Positions 27,556-41,299 of a stretch of 64,000 nucleotides of DNA are shown piece by piece. Numbering within the stretch: the stretch's first letter is position 1; each line of letters opens with the position of its first letter. A model generated the notes under the pieces. It was given only the letters and a program-made list of their open reading frames with translations. It was not told where the DNA came from and did not search any database. The stretch comes from Mobula hypostoma (Eukaryota). Where the stretch lies: contig NC_086097.1 of the NCBI RefSeq assembly GCF_963921235.1, forward strand, positions 74,340,001 through 74,404,000, written 5' to 3'. The position numbers were made by a program, and so were the translations under genes.

Positions 27556-27850
27556 AAGCATGGTAGTGTAGTGGTTAGCACAACACTTTACAGTACGGGT
27601 GTCCCGGGTTCATTTTCCACCTCTGCCTGATAGGACTTTGTACATTTCCCCTGCGATTGCGTGGGTTTCCGCCGAGTGCTCTGGTCCCCTCCCACAGTCC
27701 AAAGACGTACTGGTTGGTAGGTTAGTTGGTCATTGTAAATTGTCCCATGATTAGTCTAGCATTAAATTGGGAGATTGCTGGGTGACGTGGCTTGAAGGGC
27801 CAGAAGGGCCTATTCTGTGCTGTATCTCAATAAATAACAAATAAACAAAG
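27556..27850 (+). mobile_element. V-SINE-type tRNA SINE
   Basis: A box tggtagtgtagtggttag, B box gggttca, core gcgtgggtttccgccgagtgctctgg, CR1-like 3' stem gggccagaagggcc, A-rich tail. Confidence 0.85.
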
Positions 27851-28344
27851 CATTTAGGGTTTTCCATTTAACATCTTTCAGTTCTGGTGATTTGGGTTCA
27901 ATCCTGACCTCTGCTACTGTCCACATGGAGTTTGCACATTTTCCCCATGTCCTTTTTGTGATCTGGTTTCCTACCAGATCCTATAAAATTGCCCACAGGG
28001 AATTGTCCATAGTATGTAGATGAGGAGTGGAATTTAGGGAACTTGATGGGAGCATCGAGACATGAAAGGATTAGTATAAGATGAGTGTATGGTGATTGAT
28101 GTAGACAAGCTGACTGTTGACACTTCTGAGGGCTGCGCCAGATCAAAAGAAGCAGAGTGACAACTTTTCTATGAAGCCTATATGTATAACCAACTGAGAA
28201 CTTGAACATTTTATTGTGTGGAACCTCCATTAATCTATGACTATGCGCATGAAGGATCTTTGACCTGAAACGTTGATTCTGATTCTTCTTCCACAGTTGC
28301 TGCCTGGACTTCTGAATATTTCCAGCATTTTATTGTTTTTACGA

Positions 28345-29826
28345 GGACTAACGATTTACAGGGTTACACCAGGACTGGGTTATAAGGAGAAGTTGGACAG
28401 GAAAGGATTTTATTCCTTGCATTAAGGACAGAGGGGTGATCTTATAAAGGGGTTTTAAATCATGAGAGCCATAGACAGGGAGGATGCACACAATCTTTTT
28501 CCTAGAGTTTGGAAATCAATAACAAGAGATTTAAGATGAGATGGACAAAATTCAGTAAATTAATAATGGGCAACACTTTCATGTAGAGATTGGAACAAGC
28601 TGCCAGAAGAAGTGACAGGCTGGTAAAATAACAACCTTTAAAGACCATTTGGACAGGAACATGGATAAGAAACATGTTGAGGGATCTGGACCAACACAGG
28701 CAAATAGGACGAGCTTAGATGGACATTTTGGTCATCATGGATGAGTTGGTGTGAAGACCCTGTTTCCATGTTGTTTGGATGATTTTGGGGTGAAGACCCT
28801 GTTTCCATGTTGTTTGGATGAGTTGGGATGAAGACCCTGTTTCCATGTAGTTTGGATGATTTGGGGGTGAAGACCCTGTTTGCATGTTGTTTGGAATGAG
28901 ATGGGGTGAAGACCCTGTTTCCATGTTGTTTGGATGAGTTGGGATGAAGACCCTGTTTCCATGTAGTTTGGATGATTTGGGGGTGAAGACCCTGTTTGCA
29001 TGTTGTTTGGAATGAGATGGGGTGAAGACCCTGTTTCCATGTTGTTTGGATGATTTGGGGGTGAAGACCCAGTTTCCATGTTGTTTGGGTGAGTTGGAGT
29101 GAAGACCCTGTTTCCATGTTGTTGGATGAGTTGGGGTGAAGACCCTGTTTCCATGGTGTTTGGATGATTTTGGGGTGAAGACCCTGTTTCCATGGTGTTT
29201 GGATGAGTTGGTGTGAAGACCCAGTTTCCATGTTGTTTGGATGAGTTGGGGTGAAGACCCTGTTTCCATGTTGTTTGGATGAGTTGGGGTGAAGACCCTG
29301 TTTCCATGGTGTTTGGATGATTTTGGGGTGAAGACCCTGTTTCCATGTTGTTGGATGAGTTGGGGTGAAGACCCTTTTTCCATGGTGTTTGGATGAGTTG
29401 ATGTGAAGACCCAGTTTCCATGTTGTTTGGATGAGTTGGGGTGAGGACCCTGTTTCCATGTTGTTTGGATGAGTTGGTGTGAAGACCCTGTTTCCATGTT
29501 GTTTTGATGAGTTGGTGTGAAAACCCAGTTTCCATGTTGTTTGGATGAGTTGGGGTGAAGACCCTCTTTCCATGTTGTTTGGATGAGTTGGGGTGAAGAC
29601 CCTGTTTCCATGGTGTTTGGATGATTTGGGGGTGAAGACCCTGTTTCCATGGTGTTTGAATGATTTGGGGGTGAAGACCCTGTTTCCATGTTGTTTGGAA
29701 TGAGATGGGGTGAAGACCCTGTTTCCATGGTGTTTGGATGATTTGGGGGGTGAAGATCCTGTTTCCATGTTGTTTGAGTGAGTTGGGGTGAAGACCCAGT
29801 TTCCACATTGTATGGTTGTATGACTT
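28345..29826 (+). mobile_element. Old CR1 3' end whose terminal motif is amplified into a minisatellite
   Basis: Decayed CR1 3' sequence at 28345-28737 runs directly into the array, which ends in the tgtatgact tail. Confidence 0.7.
28738..29810 (+). repeat. Minisatellite, ~28 copies of a 36-40-bp unit (tggatgagttggggtgaagaccctgtttccatgttgtt)
   Basis: Directly visible; the periodic ORFs in all three minus frames are a by-product. Confidence 0.97.
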
Positions 29827-29927
29827 AATTTCAGTTATCCTGTTTGTTAATTTTCGTTCTCACCCAGATGTTTAAAAGAGCAGGAAGGGCTGAAATTGTT
29901 TGGTTTCTGAAAAGGCAGATTGAAGGC

Positions 29928-30348
29928 TCATCCAAGAATACCACAACCTTGCCGTGGTCTGGATGCTTGCGTGTCTTAATGACCCAAAGAGCCATGTTGG
30001 CTAGAGCCAGGAGTTTATGCTTTAGCTCTTGGTAGAGGCACTCATGCCAAACAGGTCAAAAGGTAGATTACAGACTAAAAGTCTGATCCTCCAGGTTTGG
30101 GTGTTCAGCTCAGGGCCAACAACACTGACTGGTAAAGCAAAACTGTTATGGAAACAGCAATGAAGAATATTTCTACATCTGAGTGCAACAATGTTTCTGA
30201 GCTTCCACCCAGGACTTGCATGATTGACAGTAGTGAATACCGAGAGCAAACTATTGGCATGATGAAGGAAGGCCTAAACACTGCCAGAGATGGAGGATCT
30301 TTATTGCTGCCCTAAATGCCAGCAGCGTAATGGGCAGTAAGTAAGCAG
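29928..30348 (+). mobile_element. Non-autonomous RTE-derived (bipartite) retroposon
   Basis: (gtaa)n tail; 10-bp TSD gattgaaggc (29918-29927, 30349-30358); body resembles RTE 5'UTR plus 3' end (recalled). Confidence 0.7.
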
Positions 30349-31021
30349 GATTGAAGGCAGGCTAAAGATCACTGCTGGAAAAGGTCCACACTGGATGCCC
30401 CAAGGCATCATGCATCATCAGAATGTATAAATTGCTCAAAGGCCATTCTTTCTGCATTCACCTGTGACTACAGTTACAGGTCATGGTGAGGTGTTGCAGT
30501 GGACAGCAGCATGGTGATGTGTGGGTAAGTCAGAGCAGCAAGCTGTGAGAAGTGGGGGAGTGGAAAGAATGTGGAGATGAACCGCGACACCACATGAGGA
30601 GCTGGGAATTGAAATGGGGTTCACATCATCTTCTGGGATGATTGTGGGTAGTAGTGGATAGGGGTTATCAGTATTTCAACATCTACAAAGGGTATCTTCA
30701 CATTGGGGGAGTGAGTTATGACCACCAGGGATGGCATCCAATTGGAGTCTGAGGGAAATCCCCTTTAACCTACCTCAAGGCAGAGCTGACATGTTTCGTG
30801 AAGGCTTGACTCATGGGGTTTGACCCATATTTCTGGAAATCCTTTTGTAAGGAGTGACCCAGGTATACAGTATATTAGTGTGTCAGACATACATTTAGAA
30901 AACAGAATGTAAGAGTTTCCAGCTCCTTATTTTAGTTAATGCACAAATAGATACTGAGCCACATGCTCATGGCAAGGTTTTTAATTGAGCTAATTAGAAC
31001 AATACTGTTTGAAATTAAAGC

Positions 31022-31670
31022 TTAGATTAGATTAGATTAGATTATGAGGACACTCAGTCCTCGTTTATTGCCATTTAGAAATGCATGCATTAAAAAATGA
31101 TACAACGTTCCTCCAGAACGATATCACAGAAACACAGAACAAACCAAGACTAAACTGACAGAACCACATAATTATAACTTATAGTTACAACAGTGCAAAG
31201 CAATACTGTAACTTGATAAAGAGCAGACCATGGGCACGGTAAAAAAAGTCTCAAGTCCCGATAGCCCCATCATCTCACGCAGACGGAAGCACTACAAACT
31301 TGCCGATGCATTGGAAGCACCCGACCACAACAGACTCTGAGTCTGTCCGAAAACTTTGAGCCTCTGACCAGTCCTCCGACACCGAGCACTGAGCACCATC
31401 TCTGCCAAGTGCTTTGACCCCACCCTGGCCACCAAGCAACAAGCAAAGCCGAGGACTCGGGGCATTCCCCTCCGGAGATTCTGGATCACACAGTAGCAGC
31501 GGCAGCGAAACAGACATTTCAGAAGTTTCACCAGATGTTCCTCCGTGCTCTCACGTCTGTCTCCATCAAATCAGGATTGTGCACGGCACCCTACTTGACA
31601 GATAACAGACATCCACCACCGGAGTGGCCGCTGCGAGCTGCATCGCGTCGCCATCTTCTCCTCCCTCCCA
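31022..31670 (-). mobile_element. Non-autonomous LINE-derived retroposon (probably Rex1/Babar-related), young
   Basis: Minus strand begins ggagaagatggcgacgcg (CpG-rich) and ends aataaac...(tctaa)n; no RT. Confidence 0.7.
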
Positions 31671-32699
31671 ATGAAAATACTTGAATTGGAGATAAAAACT
31701 TGGGACAATCTGAATTCATGAAAGATGCAATTAAATACATGTCATTTACATTGTTGGTGTTATATGATGAAATTAATTTTGCTCAGGAAATGCTGAAAAG
31801 ATTCACAAGAATGTTGCCTGGGTTGGAGGGCTTGATAACATGGAGAGATAAGCTAGGCTGATTGTGTTTTCACAGGAGTGAAGGAGGCTGAGGGGTCCAT
31901 ATACTTTATATATGCAAGAAGTTTGTCTTTGAAATTTGAAAGGTTTCATAATCATGAAAATATTATGAAACAAATCACCAACAACTTTTAATGTTTGTGA
32001 ATGTCAAAGACAATCCAATTGAAAATACAATTTTAAGAACTGGTGAGCCTTGGAGCTTCAATGATTGTCAAAATGATACCTGCAAGCAAGGAGTGGAGCT
32101 ATACACAATGGCATCCTGCAGTGATCCATATGTGTCACATCGATGGCATTCTTACTTTGGAGTGGTCAGCCAGCCACTTGTACTGGGAGAGTCCTTCTAC
32201 TTCCATTTGACCGCCCAATGAGCTGAGAGTTTGACTCATAATAGAAGACTGGAGATTGAAGAAATGTTACAAACCAGGATGTAGGAATCCAGCAATCTCA
32301 GGCAACAGGATATCTGTCTTAACGACCATCAAGTAACTAGGCAGTATCAATTTTGTGTTGAAACTCTTTATATTAAAAAAAAAATTCAGTAAATATATAA
32401 ATAATCTGTACAGAAATTGATCAGATTGTCCTTGATTCCTTACTTTTCTTCCACAAAAGATGCCACTTTTTTGGTTCATATTTTGGTAATAAATTGTGTT
32501 GAGATTGATGCTAGTAATGACTTCTTGTTACATTCTGGCCTGGTATTAGAACACTCTGATCAATTTGCAACTAGTCTGAAAGAAGAGAATATTCAAAGCA
32601 TTTGCACTCAACTTTAATGCATCAATGGAATCATGCCTTTTAGAGAATGAAACTGGAGCCTTCATCAATTGATGTTGCACAAACATTACATATCCTTAG

Positions 32700-33040
32700 T
32701 AGCTTCAAGAGCTGAGTGGTGAGATGCATAAATAGGGTAGGCAGTGACAGTCTTTAATCTCAGCATTAGAGAATCTACAACTCAAGGACACAGGTTCAAG
32801 TTGGGAAGGAAAAGGCGAAGTGGAGCTGAGTGTAAATTTATCCACATAGGGGGTGTTGGCCCTAAGGAATGAGATAGTAGAGATGAGATCAATTTCAATG
32901 TTTAAAAATCATTTAGATAGGTACATGGATATGTAAGGCAAGGGCCAAATGCAGGCAAATGGGATAAGCTTAGATATGCATTTTGTTCAGCATGGGTGAG
33001 TTGAGACGAAGGGCCTGTTCCTGGGCTGTACAGCCTCTCT
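32700..33040 (+). mobile_element. Old CR1 3' fragment
   Basis: aggacacaggttcaag, tttagataggtacatgg, gaagggcctgttcc motifs. Confidence 0.7.
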
Positions 33041-36000
33041 GAACCTATGTTTATCTGAAATGCTTTTCATATTACGTTCAGTTATAAAATGAGGTTAGAT
33101 GTATCCAAACTTAACAAAACTGATATATTGAATATTATATTGTGCATGTTAATGTAAAACTTTGATTGAATATATTTCTCTTTTTGTCGACGGCCAGCCA
33201 AGTCTCGGCAAGTAATACATTTGCCCCAGACCTGTGGGTTCAATTTCTACCACAGAGACCTGAAAACAAAACCTAGCATTATATTCCAGTGCAACAGTGA
33301 ATGTTGCATGACCAGAGGTATCATCTTTCAAATAAAGTTTAAAAACATAGTTTTGTTTGCTCTTTCTGGACATGACACTTCCAATGACATTGTTTCGAAG
33401 AAAAATAGAAGAGTTTTCCTCAATGTCCTTACACATTATTAGTCTTCAACTAACATCATTGTAATGTATGCAAAGGCATCTGCCATTATGTGCAACACCA
33501 TCTGCAAAGTTCATTCACAATGTATGTATTCCATCAACCGAATCCTTTTGCTGTGTGATTGTCTGCTACCTCAGTATGTTCATGGGAGCACATATTTGCC
33601 ACCAAGATCCCCCGCTGCAGCCAATCAAGAGCAGCCACTGATGCAAAGTGCTTAGAGGAGTCATTTAAAAAAAAAATTTGCATCACTTGCTGAGGTGTAA
33701 TAGAATATCTCATAACAAACAGAAAAAGCACATGACTACAGCAATGAATAAGCCTGAATCATCGAGGATAAACCAGCCCTTCTGATTGGCACCCAATACA
33801 CCACCTTGAATATTCAATCCAATATTTGGAACAACTGGGTCAGAAATGACATGGGTAGTCAGAACACATGCAACACTTGGAGATAATTTAAAATATTAAT
33901 TAAAATAGTTAAAATTACTTGCTTCCTAATCTGCAGGAGTTGAATCCCTACTGAAATAAAGTGATTCTCAGATACTGCACCAAGGCTGGCCCAGAATGGG
34001 AGCTGAGAAGGGATTCCTCGATGCATTGCTGGGGAATCCCAAGGTGGAGCCCTGCTGCTAGACTCCATGGAGGGTGCAGAAACAGGGCATTCTGGCAAAG
34101 GCAGCGCTAACTGTCACTCAGTAAGTCTCCAATATTTGCATCTGGCAATGCAGATACCTGAGATTTTCCATGGTCTGAAATCATGAGAAGTCATTGGAAC
34201 CCATTGATCCAGACAAAAAAGTATACCCCATTGTTACAGAGTCAAAGATCTGGGGCTCCCTACCGAGCAATGGTTTGACAGTACCTCTAACTTAACAATT
34301 AAAGCATTGCAAATTGCCAACTTTTTCCTTTTGGCCTTTCACATCTTATGAATGAAAAAAATAAGTTAATCTTCACCCTGCCTCCCCTTATACAGCAGAG
34401 GATTGCTATTTGATATTTAAATATTCTATAACTGCTTCAGCGTTGAGACTGAAAGGTGACAGGAGAGTGCTCGCAATATTGAAATGAGTGCTTGCAAAAA
34501 TCTGTATTCCATTTAGCTCTGGATTCAATACACAAGAGGAAATGATTGAAATAATTGATATTACCCTGAACACATAGTATGAGTTCAACAACAGTTTTCC
34601 CAGGCAGCAAATTATGATGATGTAGCAATTTAAAAATAATTATTTATTAAGATTTTCTCCAATTATGAAAAATGGAGCTTCCGCGCCATGTGTTAGTGCA
34701 CAGCTGTTGAGACCAGAGGAGTTCTTGGATTGCCGCCAGAGCACAACGTAGAGTTCTCCGGGTAAAATGATTCTCACAGTTCAAAGAGAAAATCAAGTTT
34801 AGTGGGTTAGGCTCTATATTATGACTTGGCGAAAACAAAACAACCAGGAACTAAAGAAAATCTCTCCTGTTCCGACTTCTCATGAAATAACTGGCTCCAC
34901 AGTCACTGTTAAAGGGCCTGATTTAGAGAATTGTCAGTGCTGCTGCTGCTGTAGCTAGCAACACCACCAAGGAGGGGAGTTTGATCCTAACAAGCCAAGT
35001 GGGAAACACGTGGGACGTATGCCTGATGCTCTTCATTTTCTTCAACACGGAGTACAATGGCATGAGCAATAAAGTCAGCACAGTGTCTGTTCTTGTAGCT
35101 TTCCCATCAGGCGAGGAAAGTTCAAATTGCCCCCACTGTTGCCATTTGAGTACAATTGCCGGACACTGCGTGAAAGCAACTCACTTCTCTGCTGAAATGG
35201 GCACCTTAACGATAATCCTGCAACAGTGACCTCCCAGCCCATTTGGAAGAAGAAGTGGATACTTTCAGTGGGAAAAGTGCTGCATCATATTTATTCCTCT
35301 GAGCATTAATAAAAGGGTTCAGTTAGCCTCATCTCATTATTTTACTATGAGTATTGACTTTGGCCTACAGTCATGTATAGATAAAATGGTGTAAGGGCTT
35401 GTCCTAAGTGATTACTCAGAATTACAAATCATTCCACATGTAACCAAATACCACAGCATTGCTGGCACCTCAGTCAGTGCATATGTATGCGCCAAGCCAG
35501 AGAAGTGATTAATCTCACTTACAGACAGCTGAATTTTAATTCACCAGATTGCTAGGGACCTAGGCACTGTCACATAGCATACGATTTGTGGTTTTGGGAC
35601 AGGCCTAAAGACATGACTTCTCGAGAAGAAATTTGCCCCTGTGGAAGATATTCTGCATGCTGGGCTAAAATTATAATGACACCAATTTTTAAAATTGTTG
35701 ACAATGAAATTCCCATTGACGATGTAATTATAAAAGTGCATTTGAATTTAAAATACTTCTACGTACAGTCATTTAAAATGCATACATGCTTCACACGGGA
35801 TGGTTAAACTTTGTATTGTTCTTTCAGCACCATCCCATGAAGTAGGATTCAAATGGAAGTAAAAAGGGATATCCTTCACATCATTAAAAAGCATTAAATC
35901 TTTTAAAATATTATTTCATGGCTGGTAACCATAATGTTTTGTAAAGTACACATATTTATTAGCCATAGATATTAACTGAAAAGCAATGAAGACAAGATAG

Positions 36001-38265
36001 CATTATGGCTCAGAGGAATGCCCAGCCACAGATTGGTTTGCAGATGAACTGATAGCGTAAATTATTTACTAAGCATGGAGAAAAGAAGCAACTTGAACAC
36101 ATTAAGTTTGTGGCCTTGTTATTTTGCCTTGACTCCGGTAACCTTTCCTGTTCAATTAGAGGCAGAGAAGGAGTGGTCCAATGTGTCCTTTCCAATGTTC
36201 ATAAATATCAGATTAAAATTTCATCTCTTGCTTCTAGCAGATCAATCTGATTAGGAGGTATGGATTTTTTTTAATATACTTAATAACAAAATATACAAAT
36301 CCTTTACCTTCTACTTGTCTGCAGGCAATAAAGAAAACTGCTCTCTTAAACTTTGAGGATTAAGGCAGATGTAATTCATTTCATAAACCTGTCCATATCT
36401 GAAATAAAGGAGAAGCTTTAAAACTGCACCTGGACTACTTGAAGCTAACAAATGGAAACTGGGTGGTTTCACTAACAGGTACCCATGTTCACACTTGAGT
36501 ACTGGGTGGCATGCTGGAATCAGCCCTGCATTCTCAGTTTAACAACAAACCTTCTGGGCAACCTGCCTAAACTTAATGTGTGTAAGATTGTAAACACCTT
36601 TATAACTAACTAGTTTACAATGTTACACATCACACGGCCTGGAAATCTAATCTGTTTATTATTTTTTATTTGTGCACTTTCACTTTCTAATATGTTCAAT
36701 GAAAACATTCAAAACCTTGTATTTTGACGTATATTTGAGAAAAACATAATGGAAGCAATAAATATTCCATCTTGAAGGGCTAAAAATAGTCAGTGCATTG
36801 AAGTAGAACTTTGGGAAATAGCACTGAATTGTACTCAGAATTGTCAAGTTAAAGTTGAACATCCACAAAATATAATTTGTATTAATGGAGATTTAAAATA
36901 TTCAATACACGAGAATAATAGTGTAACATAATAGAATGTAATCATTCATTCTGCCTATTAAAGAATTCCCCTTGGCACCCATGTGTGTTAACTCAGTGGA
37001 TTATTATAACTGTTGAGAATGGATTAACCACCAAAATAAACATTTTTAATGAAGGTATACAGTCCCTGGCCTTTTTTGTTATTTGTAGGATGTGTTTGTC
37101 ATTGGCAAAGCCAGCTTCATATTAAAATAACTTGGCAAAGGGCCATTAACAGTCAGCAAAATGCTTTGGTTCTGAAGCCACATATTGATCAGACTGGCAC
37201 ATACTGACCAGACAGACAAAAGCCAACTTTCATGCTTTCTGTGACAAACAGGTCATTTTGGGTCAGTAAACAACACTGATACTAACATATAATTCCAGGT
37301 TTTATTTGATTAAGTTAAAACCTCCATAGTCAGATCTGAACTCACATACCTAGAAAAGTAGCTTAAACTCTGAGTTACTGATCCAAGATCATATCAGAGC
37401 ATCTGGCATATTCTAATACATAAGAGCTACATTAGATCTTTGAAGGTAACATTGGTGTACATTTCACAGATAATCAAATACTTTTGATATGCAAAAACAT
37501 CAAAAACATTTAAAATATACAGTACTTAATACTGTTTTAAAATCTCAGAAACTACATGCAGTTTGAAGAGCATTAGTATGAAAAAGTATTTGAAATGTGC
37601 ACGAGTGCCTATTCATCTTAACATAATGAAAACAGTTCAAGAGCTTTTCTAGACCTGCATAATCAGCAAACACTTGCAAGCTCAGCTTGTGCTGGACTTG
37701 TGGGCTGGGAGCAGAGTGGCAGGAGTGTATGACTGGACTATTGACAAGGCTTGATCCCGGTGAATTGAGGCTTAAACATTCTGAATATTATTACAGAAAA
37801 CCACGCGCACATGGTCCTGAATGGAATTTACCTGTGTTTTACATTCTCCAATCTCTTAGGCCAATTGTAGCCAGCCCATATAGGAACAAAGAAAAGAGGA
37901 GCAGGCAGCACAAGCAGGCTCGCAGCACCAGGGAGCTAGGTTCACTTTCCAATATCAAGCACTGACTGTGTGGAGTTTGCACCTCCTGCACACGTCGCAT
38001 GTGGGTTGGTAGATTAATTCCCTATAAGTTGATTCTTTGTGTGTAGGGGAGCGGTAGAGTCCGATGGGAATGTAAGAAGAATTTTTTTAATGGGTTTAAA
38101 TGTAAAATGGGTGGTTGTTAATTGCCACAAGACTCACTGGGCTGAAAAGCTTATATCTACTCAGTATGTCTCTCTATGGCTCTGTGCCGAGAAACCTTCC
38201 CTATCAGCCCAACACTCCATCCACAATGGGAAGACACACACACACAAAACACAGCCCTTATACTT

Positions 38266-38442
38266 AGATACAAAATATTCTGCAGATGCTGGGGTCAAAG
38301 CAACATGCACAAAATGCTGGAGGAACTCAGCAGGTCGGGCAGCATCTGTGGAAACGAACAGTCAACGTTTCGGGCTGAGACCCTTCGTCCGGACTGATGA
38401 AGGGTCTAGGCCTGAAACGTTGACTGTTCATTTCCATGGATG
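38266..38442 (-). mobile_element. Penelope mini-insertion with fold-back end carrying hammerhead cores on both strands
   Basis: TSD cagcccttatactt (38252-38265, 38443-38456); imperfect inverted repeat centred at ~38392. Confidence 0.9.
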
Positions 38443-40074
38443 CAGCCCTTATACTTCATGGGTTATTTAGAAAAAGACTGAATGGATAATGAAAACTTCT
38501 GAATAATCCTTTGCATGTATAAATGCATAGTAAAATTTAAGATAAGAGTACTGAGATTCTTTTTGGCTTATTGCATAGTTTTTTTAAATGGGGTCAGTTA
38601 TTCTCAGTTTAGACTTTAAAGATTGAAATTCTGAAGGCAATCTTCTCATGTGACACACTAGTCCACTCTCTTCATTTTACTGCTATGTCTTTACCTTTTC
38701 TTGACCTAAATGCCCCAGCATACCATTATCTTACCTAATGCACTTGCAAAGTAGTCAGAGACTACCAGAATAAAAGGAAATGCTACTTGAAATGTGTTGG
38801 ATGTCAGAGAGGATGCAGCATGGGACTCCGGTTAAAGGAAAAATAAGCCGAATGACTTTGCACACATACTGACACCATCCAGGTTCAATTCCCTCAGAAA
38901 CCCACGCTTTGATCAGGTTCAACGGCCTTCCTGTTTTTTGGAAACACTTTTTCCTTTTTGGTTTATGGTTCTTAAATAAAAGCTAAAAACAATGTTAATT
39001 ATTCAAATTGCATTTTTGGAAGTTAGTACACACATAATTTTACACGTCTGACTCGACAGAAAAATCCAATAGACAGATGCAGACTGAAGAGAATAGCAAA
39101 TAATGTCATTTGAGACAAGTTTGTGGGAAATTGTTGCAGAGGCTGGAATCAACAACTTACATGGCCAGTGTGTGAATTATTTATCTGCCTCAAAAGATGC
39201 AAATAAAATTTATTCTGTTTAAGAAAAAAATATCATCATGGTATTGAATAAAACTGCTAGTGTAAAGTCTAACACAGAAATCGTTTAGCTTTATCCTGGA
39301 ATACATGCAGTAGGAACATTTATTCCCTCAAGCTTCTTCCGGCATTCAATGAGATCATAATTGCTCTGTAACCTAACTCCATACGCCCATCTTTTTCCTT
39401 GAATATCTTTGGTTAACAAAATCTATCAATCAATCTCAAACTTGAAATTAAAAATCTGCACAGCATCATATGCCATTTGTGTAAAGGACTTCCAAATTTC
39501 TGCGACCCATTACATGATTTTTTTTGCGCCTGGAAAGGCAGACTTTTTTTTTTGTCTATGTCATCACTGCAGCTAAACATGGGAGAAGGGGAATATCGGT
39601 TTGAGAAAGAGCACATTGCTAACTTTGTAGTGAGGAAATAAAGGAAGAAAGTATGTCAATGATGCCCTTAATGCTTTAAGGCTATGTCTGTGTTAATAGG
39701 AACATAAGAGGATGAGCAAAACAAGTCTCTGCCCCACACATACCATGCATTACTTCCCCTGTTATGGGTTCTATTTCACACACTAAATTCTCCAAGGAAA
39801 TGCTCCAGTTAAATACTTTCTAATCCGCAAGCACAATTAAGCAGAAGTATACTGGGTGGCAAGATGGTACAGCTGGGTTGGGGGTTCATCTGAGTGGTGT
39901 TGACATGTCCTCCCTGTGACTACTATCGCTTAATCCCACATCTCAAAAACGTGGAGACTGGTGGATTTTCTGTCCAAATAAATTGTCCCAGGTACATTCG
40001 TGAGTCAGTGGTAGAGTTTGGGGTAGGTTGATGGAAATAGAGAATAAAATGGGAACAGCATCGGATGAATTTAA

Positions 40075-40660
40075 ACTGGACACACTAGAGGCTGTGGTGG
40101 AACAAAGGACCCTCCGGAAAATCCTGGCAATTCTGGACAAGGTTTCTCACCCTCTGCATACCACCTTGGCTGAACAGAGGAGCACGTTCAGCAGTAGATT
40201 AGGACAACTGCGCTGCTCTAAAGAGCGCTATATGAGGTCATTCTTACCCTTGGCCATTAGACTCTACAATGAGTCAACCAATAGCCGGGAAGTGATGACC
40301 CCCTCTTGTTAGATCATTATTAACACTTTACCAGAGCTCAGTTTAATCTCTGTTTACCAGTCCCTGCTATCACAGACACCCTGTGAAATACTATCATCAC
40401 TTCTTATCTGGACCTGTGTGAATGTGCACCCAGTACTGTATAACATTACAGTAATTCTTGCACCTTGCACCACTATCTTATCAGTGTGAACTTGGAAATC
40501 TTGTAATCTTCGACTTGTAAATTTTATACATCTTATTTTTAAGGTAACTTATTTTTTATTCTTGCTTACGTCTCTTCTCTTCTAATATTTGGATATCTGT
40601 GCACTTGTATTGCTACTGTGAACCTATAATTTCCTTTAGGATCAAAAAAGTACCTATCTA
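40075..40660 (+). mobile_element. Rex1/Babar-type LINE 3' end
   Basis: ORF 40028..40312 carries SHPLH...RYMRSFLPLAIRLYN; tail aatttcctttaggatcaaaaaagtacctatctatc. Confidence 0.75.
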
Positions 40661-40893
40661 TCACTCTCTAAATGGTCAGCACAAACTAAGTGGGTTGAAT
40701 GGCCTGATTCTGTTCTGCATGATTCCATGACTAAAGAGTGCCTATCTCTTCTCATGTCTCCACCATTCAATCATGTTGGCTCCACAGAAACCAGATGCTA
40801 TTGAAATGCAGCTATTATTGCTAACTGGTATCACAGAAGCATTGGGTGAGACTAAAAAGAACACATGACACACAAAAATGAGGGCACAATATA

Positions 40894-40894
<1 letters not shown>

Positions 40895-40933
<39 letters not shown>
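40895..40933. repeat. (CA)n microsatellite
   Basis: Directly visible. Confidence 0.95.
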
Positions 40934-40935
<2 letters not shown>

Positions 40936-41299
40936 AGATCTATCTAGAATGCCAGGTTGCAAAGAATAAGCAGATTTTACAGCGCAGGAGCAGCCAGTTT
41001 GGCTGACTTGCTCTGTGCTGGTGTTCGAACTCTGCATGAGCCTCCCCTAACCTACTTAGTCTTATTCTAAAATAATTATGTACGATGTTCAGCAGAAAAT
41101 GAGGCCATTACGCATATGTTAATTGGTGAGGGAAAATTATCTGAAAGAATAGGGTGGATATTTGTCCCTGTCCAGCAGCACTAAAAGAGCTAAATTGCAT
41201 CATCAATATGCTGTACTCTGTCTTTGAAATTTGTTCTATGAAAGTTAGGAGAACACACTATCACAGCTATAAAACATGTTCTAGATGATCAACTGAGGA

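Noticed and set aside
27556..27625. tRNA gene
   Set aside because: Degenerate SINE head; no complete cloverleaf, and it continues into the SINE core.
28638..29808. Three long overlapping minus-strand ORFs (357-376 aa)
   Set aside because: By-product of a stop-free tandem repeat; unit-length variation shifts the frame constantly.
28738..29810. CRISPR-like array
   Set aside because: Units are contiguous with no unique spacers, there are no cas genes, and the context is eukaryotic.
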